Shown here piece by piece: positions 1-12,953 of a DNA stretch of 64,000 nt. The stretch's first letter is position 1, and each line of letters starts with the position of its first letter. The notes below the pieces were generated by a model. It saw nothing but the letters and a program-made list of their open reading frames with translations. It was not told the DNA's origin and did not search any database. A program made the translations under genes and the position numbers. The stretch is from Vicugna vicugna (taxonomy: Eukaryota), in contig MU057503.1 in the NCBI GenBank assembly GCA_013265495.1, positions 558,001-622,000 on the forward strand, given 5' to 3'.

Positions 1-205
1 CTGCAAGCCCGCCTGGGACCACTGAGCCCCTCCCTTGTCCTGTTTTTCTCTGTAGCCATCATTATCATCTGTGGTCTTCAGCATTTCCCTCACTCGCCTT
101 GCTTTTTACCTGTGTGGCCGACTGGTCTGTAAGCTCCTTGAGGGCAGGGGGTTTGGCTTATGCCCAGGACAGTGAGGCTGGGGCACAATACAGATTTGAT
201 GAATT
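1..205 (+). mobile_element. L2 3' end remnant
   Basis: ctgtaagctccttgagggcagggg...ggcacaatacagatttgatgaat. Confidence 0.5.
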
Positions 206-1879
206 AAAGAATTACCACCTGCCATACTCTGTCCATGTGCCCCACACTCAGTATCTCTGACCTGCATGGGGTCCGGAAGAGTGGGAACCGGCCCCTTCCA
301 TGATGGGAGAGCAGAGATGTTATCTGTTGGGGTGAAGTCTCGCTCCTGCCAACCCCCCGCATCACAGGCTCATCCCCCTTCACCATGCAATATCGCCAGC
401 ACACCGACTCATTTCCAGGAGCTGGCACCTCCCTTCCTTCCTTCTTGGCACGAACGGCTAAACCACCTCTTGCCCTGGGGAGTTTGTTCACCTGCTCACA
501 CAAGCCAGGGCAAGGCTGAAGATTAACTGCCACCTTGTCCAGTTCACTCCCCGGAGCCAACTAACCATCTGACAACCATATACTGCACCCCAAGAGGGAC
601 TGCAAGGGAAACCTCCCATAAAACACGAAAAACCTTCAGATACCATTTCCTCCAGACGACAGTTCGAGGCTCACAGTTCACAAAAAACAAGTCTGGTCCC
701 ACCCAAAACATTCAAACCACAAAATGCCCATGACTGCCAACCAAGCTGTCAAGTGCCATTCACAACCGCAACGGGGACCCCGTGGAACAATCCAGCAAGG
801 GGGTCAGCCTGCAGCGCTCTGTGGTAATGGATTTTGACCTGTGACGCAATCTTGTGGACACCGTGGACCGTCATGTCACTGTCATCCTCGAAGTCAAACA
901 GCACAACCCCATGTATGCTGGAGCGCCCCCCGTTCAACCAAGGCAGCCTCCACTCCTTAAAGCGGGGGGCAGCTCCGGGAACACCTGCTCTTGCCCTTCA
1001 CACCACACTGTAAACGGAGGCTTGACCGCCTGCCCTCCGCCTGCAACCACAAGCACCCCGAGGACCCTGCCTGCCCCATTCACCTCGTTTCCCCAGCTCG
1101 TGCCTGGCGCATGCAGGCACCCCAAATATTTGTTGCTCCTCCCGTGGCACTTCCCTTCACTTTGACCGTATCTTCACTTCGGGGCTCTGACTGTATACTA
1201 CATGCACAAGGAATTGTACAAGTTAAGCATAAATAAACTGAAGATGGATTGAGACATATTTATTACTGATCCATCCACAGTCATTATTTCGACTCTATTA
1301 AGGATGACATCAAGGAAAGGAAATGTGCTCAAATAAGACCCACACCAAAAAGCTGCAGTCTGAGAGCAGAATAGAGGCTCAGCTATTCAACTGAACTGGT
1401 ATGTCACTTAAAAACCTCGACAGCATAACTGTGATAATGTAAAAATAATCTCAAAAAAACAGAAGGTACTAACACCTCAGTACCATCATATCCTACCTGG
1501 GTGATATCATCTTCCTTTTTTAGCACAAAATGAAGATTGCATTCTGTGATGAACTTTCTAAAGACAAATATTTTATGCTGTTCACTTGCAGGCTTCTCCA
1601 TTATTCAAATATGTTCTTCTCCAAGATGAAAGGGGATCACAGAGAGACAGCTATTTCTTCACTGTCTGATAATTTAAGCTGAACTTACGGCATCTCTTCT
1701 AAATCTGACAGTGATAAAATTAAAGTAACAGAAGAGGTCACTGGTGTTTGGGCTCTGAAGATAACGGCACCGAAGTTGTATGTCATAAGCTCCATGGGGA
1801 AAAAAATGTAACAACAATGAATACAGACACCATCACTTATGGAACCTAGCATGAGTTCCCTTCTCAATGCCCAATGGTG

Positions 1880-2215
1880 GCTAGAACTGCCAGATGTTGC
1901 TCAAAATAAATTCCCTTGCGCCTGAAGACATAACTTATATGCTGCTACATTTCCCAGCAGACCTGCTCCTCAGGTCGGCCATGGACCTGAATTCTGGCCA
2001 ATGGAAAGCATGCAGATGTGATGCGCGCCCCTTCTAACCTTCCTTGAGTGGTCCCTCCATGCTCCTGCGGGGGAGATGCCCCCAGGAACCTTGGAACCAA
2101 GACTTCAAGATGACAGAGCCTCCTTCATCCCAGGTCTCCGACACCAAGAGGAGACAAAGCCACTGCTTCTCTAGGCTAGTGAATTTCGGGGTCTATTGTT
2201 TCCACACTCAGGCTA
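1880..2215. mobile_element. MLT1-like (ERVL-MaLR) LTR remnant
   Basis: ctacatttcccagc, gaattctggccaatgg...gatgtgatg, aagatgacagagcc and tttcggggtctattgttt resemble MLT1 LTRs. Confidence 0.5.
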
Positions 2216-2448
2216 TCTGACAGAACATCGTATAACAGCAAACATTTGCCCCCTTCCTTCCACAAAGTGTGAGATTAAACTGTTACAAAAAAGAAGGAAA
2301 AATGAAAACAGTCACAGTATTTTTTAGATCCTCCTAAAGTCATAGAAACCTAGTGCTTAATGCAGACCATGAAAAATCAAATTACTTAGTCCAATATTCT
2401 TGCTAGGTTACACAGCGATGCACAAATACCTTCCTTAAGAGAGAACGC

Positions 2449-2621
2449 TTATAGCACAGGGAAATATACACAAAATGTTATGATAACTCACAGAGAAAAA
2501 AATGTGACAATGAGTGTGTATATGTCCATGAATGACTGAAAAATTGTGCTGAACACTGGAATTTGACGCAACATTGTAAAATGTTTGTAAATCAATAAAA
2601 AATGTTTAAAAAAAAAAAAAA
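2449..2621 (+). mobile_element. Young 5'-truncated L1 3' end (camelid-type) with poly(A) and TSD
   Basis: tatagcacagggaaatatacacaaaatgttatgataac...tgtgctgaacactggaatttgac...aataaaaaatgttt(A)n. TSD agagagaacgc at ~2438-2448 and ~2625-2635; TT|AAGA endonuclease-type site. Confidence 0.85.
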
Positions 2622-2704
2622 GAGAGAGAGAACGCACCGTCTTCTGGGGCAGCCACTGCATCTCTGGTCAGCTCTCACTGAGCTCATGCCGATTACCATG
2701 ACAA

Positions 2705-2910
2705 AGCCAGCAGCTCACTATGAATGAGCAGCTCCTGCGGCTAGTCCTGTGCTGAGAGCTTCCCATTCATCTACACATCTAACCCCCACCTCCAGTTACA
2801 GATTGCAAAATGGAGGCATGGAGAACATGAGACCAGCCCAAGGTCAAATATAACTAAAAGTGGCAGAGCCAGGTCCACCTCAGGCGGTCTGAGTCCCCGC
2901 TGTTAACCAC
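2705..2910 (-). mobile_element. MIR SINE
   Basis: ttacagattgcaaaatggaggc...cccaaggtcaaatataactaaaagtggcagagccagg...gtctgagtcc. Confidence 0.65.
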
Positions 2911-4374
2911 CACCCTGTCCTCCAGTGGCTGTCACCTCAGTCCCAGACTCACGGAGAGCAAGCCTTACTGCTCTCCCCAACATCTGACAAACACCTAAAG
3001 ACCTTTTTTATAGCCACACAAGTTGCCCTTTCACACAGCTGAAAAAACTCCGGTTCATTAAATTTTCCTCATCCCTTCAAACGTGGTCCCAAACTCCTTC
3101 ACCACTTGGATTCCTCTGTGGAAGGGTCCTGTTCTTTCATGCCCTGGTTGGATTGTGTCACTTAGAAAGGGATTTCATGTGCAAAATGACATTAATAGTA
3201 ACACTTCCCCCAAAAGGGTTGGTGTGAGGATGAGTTAGGTTATTCACGTAAAGCCCTGGGAACTAGAACCAGTGCTCAGTGCCAAGTAAGGCAACCCCAA
3301 TCCCTAGCTGTCATCCACCTTATTCTTCAAAGGCTACAGCCTATGGTTACATTAGGTCCTGGTGTTTACATCACACTACTGACCAGGTTGAATTCACTGT
3401 CTGCTTAAATACATTTTTAAATGTTTTTTAACCATGGATAAGCTGAAACCACTGATAAGCTTTGTTCCCCGACTGTGCTAGTTTCCCACCTGACCCTGTT
3501 CAAGAGGTATTAATTACACTCTACCTTGACTACGGTTAAACTTCACCTAGTTAGGTCTGGCCCACCTTCCCAGGCATGAGAGGTCTTTTTGAATCTTATT
3601 TCATCTTGGTTTCACATCATCAGCAAATTAGATGATTATTTCTTGGAAATCTTGGTGGAGGTTAGAGTGGCCCAAAGATAAAGCCTTAGGTTGGCCACCA
3701 GAAAGTTCCTTCCTGTCACTGCCTTCTTGGCAGCCAGGGATAGATAAGGCCACTGTCCTAACCACAGTCATCTCATGCCAACGTTTGTAGCTGCAAATGC
3801 TCCACCTCTGCAAACTCCACGAGACTTCCCAGCCCCTAGGAGCACAGTGAAGTTGTTAAGCGCATCCCTGGTTGGGATGGGGAACCACAGCCAAAGGCCC
3901 AATGAAAAGAGACCAGAAGTCCACACTTCTGGGGGGCATGTCTGATCTATTTCAGGTAAGGGAATCCTAGCCCAGTGTAGGGTGGGATGGGGTGGGTTTC
4001 AGAGCCACCCCGTAGTCAGCAGGAGTCTGAGATGAGGAGCTATATCATGCAAGAAATCCTTACCCCAACTTCCACTTCTCGAAGAAAAGGACCTGTATCC
4101 CAGAATATCATTCTGGCAAGAAGGAATCCACTGACAGAGGAGCAGGCGGGGCCCCCCACCTCAGGCAGCCACACTGCAGAGCATCAGGGGTGAAACGCTG
4201 CCACAGGAGTGCCCCCGGCATGCGGTACAGGGCTGCAGCCGAGGCAGCTAGATGCTGACAGGGTTCCAAGTTTGATGCTTTAGCCTCAGGCTGGGAAGAG
4301 CTGTAATTTTTATACCCTGAGGACACACAGGCTCCTTCCCTGCTCCCTCAGATGCCCAGTGGTAGACTTTAAAG

Positions 4375-4546
4375 CAGTAGTTCTTCCACAAGGCAGAATC
4401 ACCCGTAGGGCTTATGCTAACACAGAGCACTGGGCCCCACCCCCGGGGTTCTGTTTAGTAGGTCAGGGGTGGAGCCGTAGAATTTCCTTTTCTCATTGAC
4501 AGTTGCCACTGCTGCTGGTTTAGGGACGACACTTTGAGAACCACTG
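4375..4546. mobile_element. MER5A-like hAT-Charlie element
   Basis: Termini cagtagttct.../...tttgagaaccactg; internal ttagtaggtcaggggtggagcc. Confidence 0.7.
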
Positions 4547-5849
4547 ACTTAGGGCAAAGGGTGACCGGGGGAAGGTGGCAAAAAATCCAAAGGGAAGAGA
4601 CAAGGAGGAAGTCCAGCGAGAGAAGGGCCTCCGGTGCCCTCTGCGTAGACAGTGAGCAGTTTGACAGGAAGAGCAAAGACTGATTTGAGCCATCACGTGG
4701 TCTCCATGCCTTTGCAGATACATATTTATGATCATCTGAAAGTTGCATTTTCTTTCTGCTAATCCCTTCTATAGGTTACAGGGATAGCTAAGGGGTTATA
4801 TGGGGGGGGTGATGCAGAAAAAAAGGTCCAAACAATTCATCTTTCATAGTAGACAATGGTGGTTAACTGTGTTTTCCTATTTTTTAGACATTTGTCAAAG
4901 AAAATGAGAGCTGTGGTGAACTTAATGAAGTTGATGGAAGGAGATCAAATCTATTTCTGAACTCAGAGGAAGGCTACTATCAAAGCAAGAGCTCCCTGGC
5001 AGGTGTGGGCAGATGAACCACTTTCTAGCAACAAGCAGTTTCAGGAAGGTTCTGTACTGGCCACTGGCGTCCATGAACATTAAAAGGAAAGACAGTTCAG
5101 AAATGAATAGTTCTTTGCATTCCCTTGGGTTGGAGGCAGTAACATAGTTTCAGCACCTTATTCCTAGCAAAGGGGAGAAGCCTGAGAGAGAAGATACGGC
5201 AGATGTGTCACTGGTTTTAAATCAAGAGATCTAAGTTGTTTTTATACCTAATTCCTGTCCTCAAGAAAATTTCGACTTGCCTGAGGAATTCACTTCTGAA
5301 TGCACATGGAAAACTTCAACTTAAATGAAGCTAATTCTGCAAAATTAAAAATGAAGGCAAGAGATAAGAAAGGAAATCATCTTGGCTGGACATACTGGCT
5401 TTGTTTTAAGGATGATTCCTGGGCCACCTGTTAACACAGCTGTTTCGTGGACACATTCAACCTTCTCAATCTTTTCCAAGGAGGACCTTCAAGATCACAA
5501 AGATGACCTCATACTCCTCAGAGCCTATGACTCATCTTGAAAAAGTCTGCAAGATCCTTGCTGACAGAGAAACTGTACCCACAACAAAATGGGGGGGGGC
5601 TGAATTTGTGGCAGTTATCACCCAGAAAACACTGTTACTTTATCATCAACATGAAAACACAAAATTTCAAATGTCCTCAGAGAACCTTGGGACCTTGGGA
5701 AGGGGGTGGCGACCCTGCGTTTGAGGAAGCAGCACTGCCTAGATCATAAATGAGTGAACCGGGCCCCCCAAAGCTACTATGCTTCATGACAGCAATGCAT
5801 TCAAAATGGCTTCTAAGTGCACCCATCCATTCAGCTGCACCCCAAAACC

Positions 5850-5992
5850 CGTTTTAGGTGAAATTAAAGATGCCATTGATTGTAAGATGTGTCAGCATTT
5901 TACATCCAAATAGGAAAGAAAATGTCAATTAGAAACTAGTGATTTTAGAGATGTTAAAATGTGAAAAACAAAAACACCCTGCGAGTCTTAGC
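5850..5992 (-). mobile_element. MER104-like TcMar DNA transposon remnant
   Basis: aagatgccattgattgtaagatg and gattttagagatgttaaaatgtgaaaaa are reverse complements of MER104 consensus motifs as recalled. Confidence 0.65.
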
Positions 5993-8439
5993 CTGGGTGG
6001 GACATCCCAGGGGATGGCACTGTGACTGAGAACGTGGGGCTCGGATTTCCAGTCTCGGGTGGGATGGCAGCCTAGCCCTGCAGTAGCTGTGGGGCCCTGC
6101 CCTTCGCTGTGCTGCTACAATGCCTACTTCTCACTGAACTGCTGACAGAACTAAGTATGATTCCCTGTTACAGTATTTAACATGTGCCCCGCACTTATCA
6201 GCTGTCTTATTCCTGCTGTTACTTAAATCTGGCAAGCGTGGAATCATGAACTTAACAAATCCTAAACAGTTCTCTTTACTCTGAATGGGTTTATTTAGTC
6301 TCAGTTGCCAAATCTTTAGACATTGTTTGAAATAAGTGGTAACGGCTTGGCGTCCTCAGTGCCTAGCACTCTAGAAATAAAGGGAAATAATCTTCCAAAA
6401 TGGAGTTGAAGCGTCTTCTTAAACCGAAGGATCAGAGCCCTGCTGAGCAGAGCGGATGACTCAAATACAATGGGTGATAGTTTGCATATTGCTTTGCATG
6501 GCATTTGCATGCCACCAGTTCATTTCTGCTTGAAGTGGAAATCCGCCCACCATCTGCTTCTTTCCTAGTGCCTCACGATCCCCTAGGTGTTGAGATGGCT
6601 GCTTTGGAAAAAACTGAGCAACTGGCGTGCATCAAGTCATTAGTGCCCGTGCCCCCGTGGCTGGCTACCTCGGCTGTGGAGGGAAGGGCACGTCTGCCCC
6701 GGGCTGCACCACCTGGCATCACTGTGGACCATCCTACAACAAGGGTGGTCGCTGACTCAGAAACCGGTAAGCCACATCCAGCACCAGGCAGCTTCTCCTG
6801 AACACAACCCCCCAGCACACATGCGCCTGACGGTAAATCAGATGATTCACAGCTCACTAAGCAGCTCAGGAAACAGTTCCTGACCACCAGGAGTTTCCAA
6901 ACCAAACCAGTGCAAAGCGTCTCTTTTCCTGAGCGTGAATAATTATGGGGCAGTGCGCTTATGACAAAGGTTCGCTTCACTCTCAAAATTCTCAAGATTT
7001 AAAGCAAACATACAGCCAGCCAGTATCTTGTAATAAAGAAGAAAAATTAGCACTTAATCAGGGCCCTGTTGCCAGAATCCTCTGTTGGCAAGGATCATTT
7101 GTTTAAATTGAGCCCTCAGATTAATGACTACTTGTCCAGAAGTGATAATGGACCTACATTTATACAGGTCCGATCGAAGTCCATGAAGTTGTTTCTTGGG
7201 AGTAACTGAGTATATTTGTAAACTCCGACACCTCTATTATGTTATTAGCACATAAACTAGGCAATGACCATACAGAAGATGGTATCAAATATCTACTGCT
7301 CACACAAGAGCTGAAAATACCCTAGTGCGTAAGTGTCCCGTAAGTCACCTTTGGACGGTGCATACAAACACCAACTCATACTGTTTTCAGGCTTCTGTAT
7401 GACAGAGGACCCTATGTGAACAGCAAACCCAACCTTTCAGCCACAAAACCCAAATTCCTATCTGGATACTGAGGCCAGAATACTATAAATGTAATTTAGC
7501 TGATCAGGTTTTTAGAGGTGCTATTTTCTTGTAGGTAATGGGGGAGGGGGTGTTTCACAGTTTTAATAAACATAAAGTACCAGTTAAGCTTTTGGGTTTA
7601 CTGGGAATAACATGTAAAACATCACACTTTTATGGACTCAGAAACATCGGGACTTCAGTTACTCGAAAATTTTAGAAACTGACTCTAAGAAAGATAAAAT
7701 TACCAAAAGATTAACCTTTAAAGGACTGCTTAACTTTTCAAAAGTGTCACTCCTCCTAGTGACAATCTTTAGAATGCCAGAAACTTAAGAAATTAATATT
7801 TAGTCCAATATCACCATTGTTATAGCTGCGGAAATTGAGATCTAGGCTAGAAATTGGCATCTTAAAAAGGAAGTGGGGCAAAAGTCCAGAAGATGAACAG
7901 CTGGGACTGGCTAGTCCTGGACAGGGGACAGGAGACAGGAGCTTCTGGAAAACGAGCCTGAAGCCCTGACTGCCTGGGTAGGGGGCTCTGTTAAGGAGCT
8001 CGGGGCTTTGAAGGAAACTTCAAAAATGAGGACAGGGCAGCGGGGAGGAGCTGCTTCTCTGAAAAGCATAATCCAACAAAAAGAGATTCTGGGCCTGGAA
8101 GCTGGGTTACCTTCTGAGTCTGGGGTCACCGGGTGAAAGGCACCTCCCTGGGACGAGGGGTGGGCCTGGCCCCAGGGAACAAAGCGTTCAGTCTTAGTCA
8201 CTGGAAGAGTCAGAGAAGCAAACTCATCTCGAAAAACTCGGAACTAGACATCAAAACCAAAGGTGAGTATGAGTGCAAAAGCTGAGTCATCAATTCAGCC
8301 CTGCTCAGAACAGAAACGGATCATCTCCGGGGATGCTCATCTGTCTCCAGCAAGCTCAAGACCTAGAACGCAACAAGGGCCCAGAGGCCGGCTCCTCAGT
8401 GTGTGCCTTACAAGGCCCCTGGAGGCAAGAATTCCTATA

Positions 8440-8760
8440 CTTTTTTTTTTAATTGAAATATAGCTGATTTACAATGCTGTGTTAGTTTCTGGTGTATAGC
8501 AAAGTGATTCAGTTACACATACATACTCTTTTTCATAATTTTTCTCATTATAGGTTATTACAAGATATTGAACATAGTTCCCTATGATATACAGTAGGGC
8601 TTTGTTGATTATTTTATACACAGTAGTTTGTACCCGCCAATCCCAAACTCCTAATTTATCCCTCCCCACCTTTCTCCTTTGGTACCCGTAAGTTTGCTTG
8701 CTAAGTCTGTGAGTCTGTTTCTATTCTGTAAATAGGCTCATTTGTATCATTTGGGGATTC
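8440..8760 (-). mobile_element. L1 3' UTR fragment (cetartiodactyl-type)
   Basis: Poly(T) followed by aattgaaatatagctgatttacaatgctgtgttagtttctggtgtatagcaaagtgattcagtta...atagttccctatgatatacagtagg, the typical reverse-complemented L1 3' end. Confidence 0.85.
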
Positions 8761-10427
8761 CTTTTTTTTAAGGTGCTCCAACCCTAGTGCAGGAATGGAA
8801 GAGGAGCAGATGTGATGGTGACTCTCTGCTTGCCCCCACCCTCGAGATGTGGTCTTGGCCTGTGTCTGCACCCTGGCTCACCGACATCTATGACCCTGCA
8901 CTCCCTGGGTTACCTGTCGCCTGGCTTCCAATAGGAAGCCCTGGCAAGAGAAAGGAGCACAGAAGAGGCAGAAGTCAGGGTACATCCTCCCCTTCTCTCC
9001 CTGCGCAGGGGCCCTCCTCAGTGGCCCACTCTCCTGGGCTCTGCGGTAGCATGTTCTCCCTGGACCCTGCAGCCGAGGATGGTAAAGCCTTCCTGGGTCT
9101 CAGTACTCCTAGCTGGTTCCCCTTCCCTCTTTCATTCAGTTGATCCATATGAGGGGGAGTCTGTCTCCTGCCAGGACCACTAGAAATGAAGCCCTGAGAT
9201 ACTACACACGGCATCTTATACTTCCATTTACCTGGAAATATTTTATATTGAAACTGAAGTATCTTGTATAGCAGAATGGAAATCCACATAAACAATAAAA
9301 ATAAACGGGCCTTCAAAAAAACATCAATCTTCAAACCCCATAAACACTGCTGCCTTGGCAGGTCACTCTCCTTTGGTCTTGGGAACCTTTAGTGGGACGA
9401 CTGGGAGAGGATGCTTAACCAGGGTATCTGGAAGCTTCCTCACGCTCTGTTGCTCTGTAACTAGAATTCCTCGACTGCCCGAGGGAGGTGGCCTTCCAGG
9501 CAAGGCAGTTACAACCTGACAGAGACAGAAAAGGGGGTGGGGCCCCACCTTGAGGAGGGTCAGACCAAGCAGCGGTGCTGAGAAGAGGCATGTGACCCAG
9601 AAGAAGGAGATGGAGGAATGGCAGCAACCCAAGACCACGTAGAGAAATCACTCGTCCTCTGAGGACATCACGATTAGAGGCCAGTACTTTGCTGTCAGAA
9701 TAAAGAGTTGGCCTTTAGCAAAAAGCCCTGCTATAAAGCCAAAATATTTCGTTACTAAAGGGGCAGAGAAGTCGGTAACACCTATCAGAACACTTTTCAC
9801 AAAGTCTGTAATTTAAAAATTCCCACCTAAAGTGAGGACTTATCGGTTATTTAAAAGACAATTAAAAAACACGTATTTATCTTATTCCTGTTAATGCTGA
9901 ATAGAGTAAGGATTAACCATAATCTCGTGGCCAAAGTTCCTTTCAGCTGAACCGGGAAGCGAGGAGAACGCAGGCGCACGCGCATAAAAGGGGCACTGCC
10001 CAGGCTTCCTGGAGGGGACGCGAAACCAGCCCCAGCCGGGGAGCCCTCCCTGGTTCCCCCCAGATACCCACTTCATTCAGATCCCTTTCCTCCCTCCTTG
10101 TCTCTTGCATATACTTAGCCCCTGCTGAGCTTTCACTGAAAAAAACACCAGGTTCTGAAGTCAAAGGACGTCTGGGTACCACTGGTGCAGGTAAATCCCA
10201 GGTGTACCCGTGAACGCCACTGCGGGCAGCTAAGCAGAAGGCGATCTGTACCTTTTGATTGAGGAGGCTTCTTAAAGGCATTTTTAATCAGATGTAGAAG
10301 GCTTATCTTCCTCAATATCTAATCCCAAGCAGAACTATCTTATTTCTAATCATTTAACTTCTCTAAAAAGATACAAAGTACAGGAAGGCATCAAATGTTA
10401 GGAAGAACCGGCCACGGATCTGCTTAC

Positions 10428-10540
10428 CTGCTATCTCCAGCGTTTGCCACGTACAGCTTCCCCAGAAGGCAAACCACAATGAGCGCTGTGCAGCCACCAG
10501 ATATATTATATGAACTCCTCTCTCGTTCTATCTGTAGGTC
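10428..10540 (-). CDS. PPM1H: PPM1H coding exon 4 equivalent, 113 nt: DLQIERERSSYNISGGCTALIVVCLLGKLYVANAGDS(R)
   Basis: Not in the ORF track; found by reading the minus strand. Acceptor tttcttctccAG|GAC CTA CAG and donor GAT AGC AG|GTaagc. Contains the PP2C motifs 'SGGCTA' and 'LYVANAGDSR'. Starts in phase 0, matching the end of exon 3. Confidence 0.95.
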
Positions 10541-11114
10541 CTGGAGAAGAAAACAGAGACAGTGCTGGATTGTACAGGGACTCGCATCAAAGACTTCCTC
10601 AGCACAGCTCTGAGAGTCTGTGCTTCAAAGAACAGACAGGAACATCCTTGGTACTGGCCCTTACCCTGCCTGATGCTCATTTCTGGGGAAGACACTGGCA
10701 CAAAAGTGTCACCGACTAGACCATCTGTGGACCAGAGACAGGAAACAAGGGAAGGCAGACAGATTTAATCAGATAAAAATGAGAAGAATAAAACCAATTT
10801 ATTCAACAGATATCATGGCTTATGGAAAATTTAGTCTTTGCATGGATGGCCTGAGCTGCCATGTGCAAAACAGAAAGGAGAGGCTGATAACACCAAGCGG
10901 TTGGACCTGATCAGCGTTTTTAATCCCCAAGGCTCCAGTTAATGATTTCCTTTACACCTGGATAAGAGAGGCGACTTGAAGGACAGTGTCCTCAGTTCCA
11001 CGCAGGCAGGACTCCACCCCCTGTCTTCCCGATCAGACAGAAGCTTCAGAACTCTGACCTGACTTCCTTTTCCCAAGGGACTAATTCGCAAGAGTGACAC
11101 ACACGCACAGTGAC

Positions 11115-11310
11115 AGCCAACGTTCAGTGAGCACTTCCTCTACGTCAGGCAGTGCGCGAGGCACTTTACATGTAGAATCACACCTCATCTTCACAACCGT
11201 ATTATTAACCTCACCGTTCAGATGCACAGAAGTGGGGGAGGTGCCCACAATGACGGGGCTGGAGTCTGGGTTCCAACCTAGTTCTCCTCCTCTGAAGTCT
11301 AGTACTTATT
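11115..11310 (-). mobile_element. MIR SINE
   Basis: tgagcacttcctctacgtcaggcagtgcg...ggcactttaca...cagatgcacagaag...ggttccaacctagttct. Confidence 0.55.
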
Positions 11311-12045
11311 ACCTGCCGCCTAATGAGGTCTCCCCAAGAAAACTAGAACGAGACCCACACTTCTACTGACAGACGTACGTCACCCTCAAGACAGACGTCC
11401 TTGTGAGACTCTGTGCCGGTGATGGAGGCCAGGGTTCCGAGACCTCAGAAATATGGGAGTTGAGTTACGAACATAAACTGAATGCTCGCTAAAATAATGC
11501 CAAACATCCCCAATGACACCTGCTGCTGGGGCCGAGGGAGGGAGAAGGAGGGCTGGGTACAGGGGAGGAGGAGCTGGTGCCCTGGCTGACCGAGGGCCGG
11601 GGCAGCTTTGTGATTCTGAGAAACCACAGAATTAGAACTCAGCTGCTTCTGCCAGCCTCCTGATGGGAAGGGGAGATGATCATTAATTCTGTATCTACCG
11701 GCAACAGCTCCAGAGGCCAGAGGTGGTAATAAGAGGTTAGGTAAATTGCCAGTGAGCAACTGGGAACAGGAGAAAAGCCTGAGCTGTGGATACAGATTAA
11801 GCACAGGATACTGATCAAAAAGTAAGTAGAGAAAAAGTGCAAAGACCTGGGAGAAAGGACGATAGTGGGAATGAGCTGGGAGAAGGGGAAGGCAGAGGAC
11901 CCAGGGAGAGGGGTAAGAGCATGTGCTGTGGGATGTGGTGGCTTAGAAGCAAGTGAAGAAAACTTCCAATAAGGGACAGAGGGGACGGCAGTATCAGAGC
12001 TGCAGACGGGTCACGTGTGAGGACCACCTTCAAAGACCACACTGA

Positions 12046-12077
12046 ATTATAAATCAATAAAAAATGTTAAAAAAAAA
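12046..12077 (+). mobile_element. Extremely 5'-truncated (~32 nt) L1 tail of the same young family, with a perfect 14-nt TSD
   Basis: Insert attataaatcaataaaaaatgtt(A)n matches the end of the 2449-2621 element. Flanked by aaagaccacactga at 12032-12045 and 12078-12091. Confidence 0.85.
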
Positions 12078-12904
12078 AAAGACCACACTGAGTTTTTAAA
12101 AGTTAGTTACAAACTCTGTATAAATTAGCTTAAAGGACTGAGATGAGGATTAAATTAGATGATGTGGGGGAGGGGCGGGGCAGACCATCGAGACCCTTCC
12201 CGCGGCCTGGACCCCATGGGTGAGAGCAGAGACCTCTCTCGCTCACTGTTAGACCCTCAACACCTATCCTGGGTCAGGTAAGCGGTAGTTTAATAAATGT
12301 TTGTTACATTTCAGTGATCTCCCTGTCACTTCACCTCTGCCTTAACATGCGACATGTGTCCCACAATTCACAAATGAAAGCTTACAAGACGAATGAATGC
12401 TGAGGCAATAATGAAGCAGGAACCCAGGCTTCTGATCAAATGCCGTCAACTGACAAGAACAAATGAATGGTTATCAGAACCCAAGCAGGGATGGCAGGAG
12501 GCTGGGGGCGGCGGGGGTTAGGGGCATGGATGTCAGGAGGGAAAGACTTTCACAAGGAAGTGAAAGAGGAGAAAGAAAACATCAAGACATCGGAAGTTCC
12601 AGAAGTTCCGTGTGTTTAACCTTCAAACAATGCATCAAAACAGAACCAAGAGCCCTAATCACAAAGGGTTTTGTGGGCAGATTTATTCAAAAATTTTTGC
12701 ATTTAAATAAACGATAGAAAGTTTATATTATGATAGATACGTATTTCATCAAATTAACACAGAAACTGGTCTACAAAGTCCGCACCCAGCACTGCTGTAT
12801 TTAATACACTGGAAAGAACTGCTCCAGCTCCAGAAATTATTCTTTCACATCCAGAACCCATCTTTGTTTGAACACCTAAAGTCTGAATTAAAAATTAAAA
12901 AAAA

Positions 12905-12953
12905 ATTTTTTTGTGGGGGGAGGTAATTAGGTCTATTTATTTATTTATTTTCA
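12905..12953 (-). mobile_element. 3' tail remnant of the same SINE family
   Basis: ggggggaggtaattaggtctatttatttattt is the reverse complement of the tail at 36119-36141. Confidence 0.7.
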
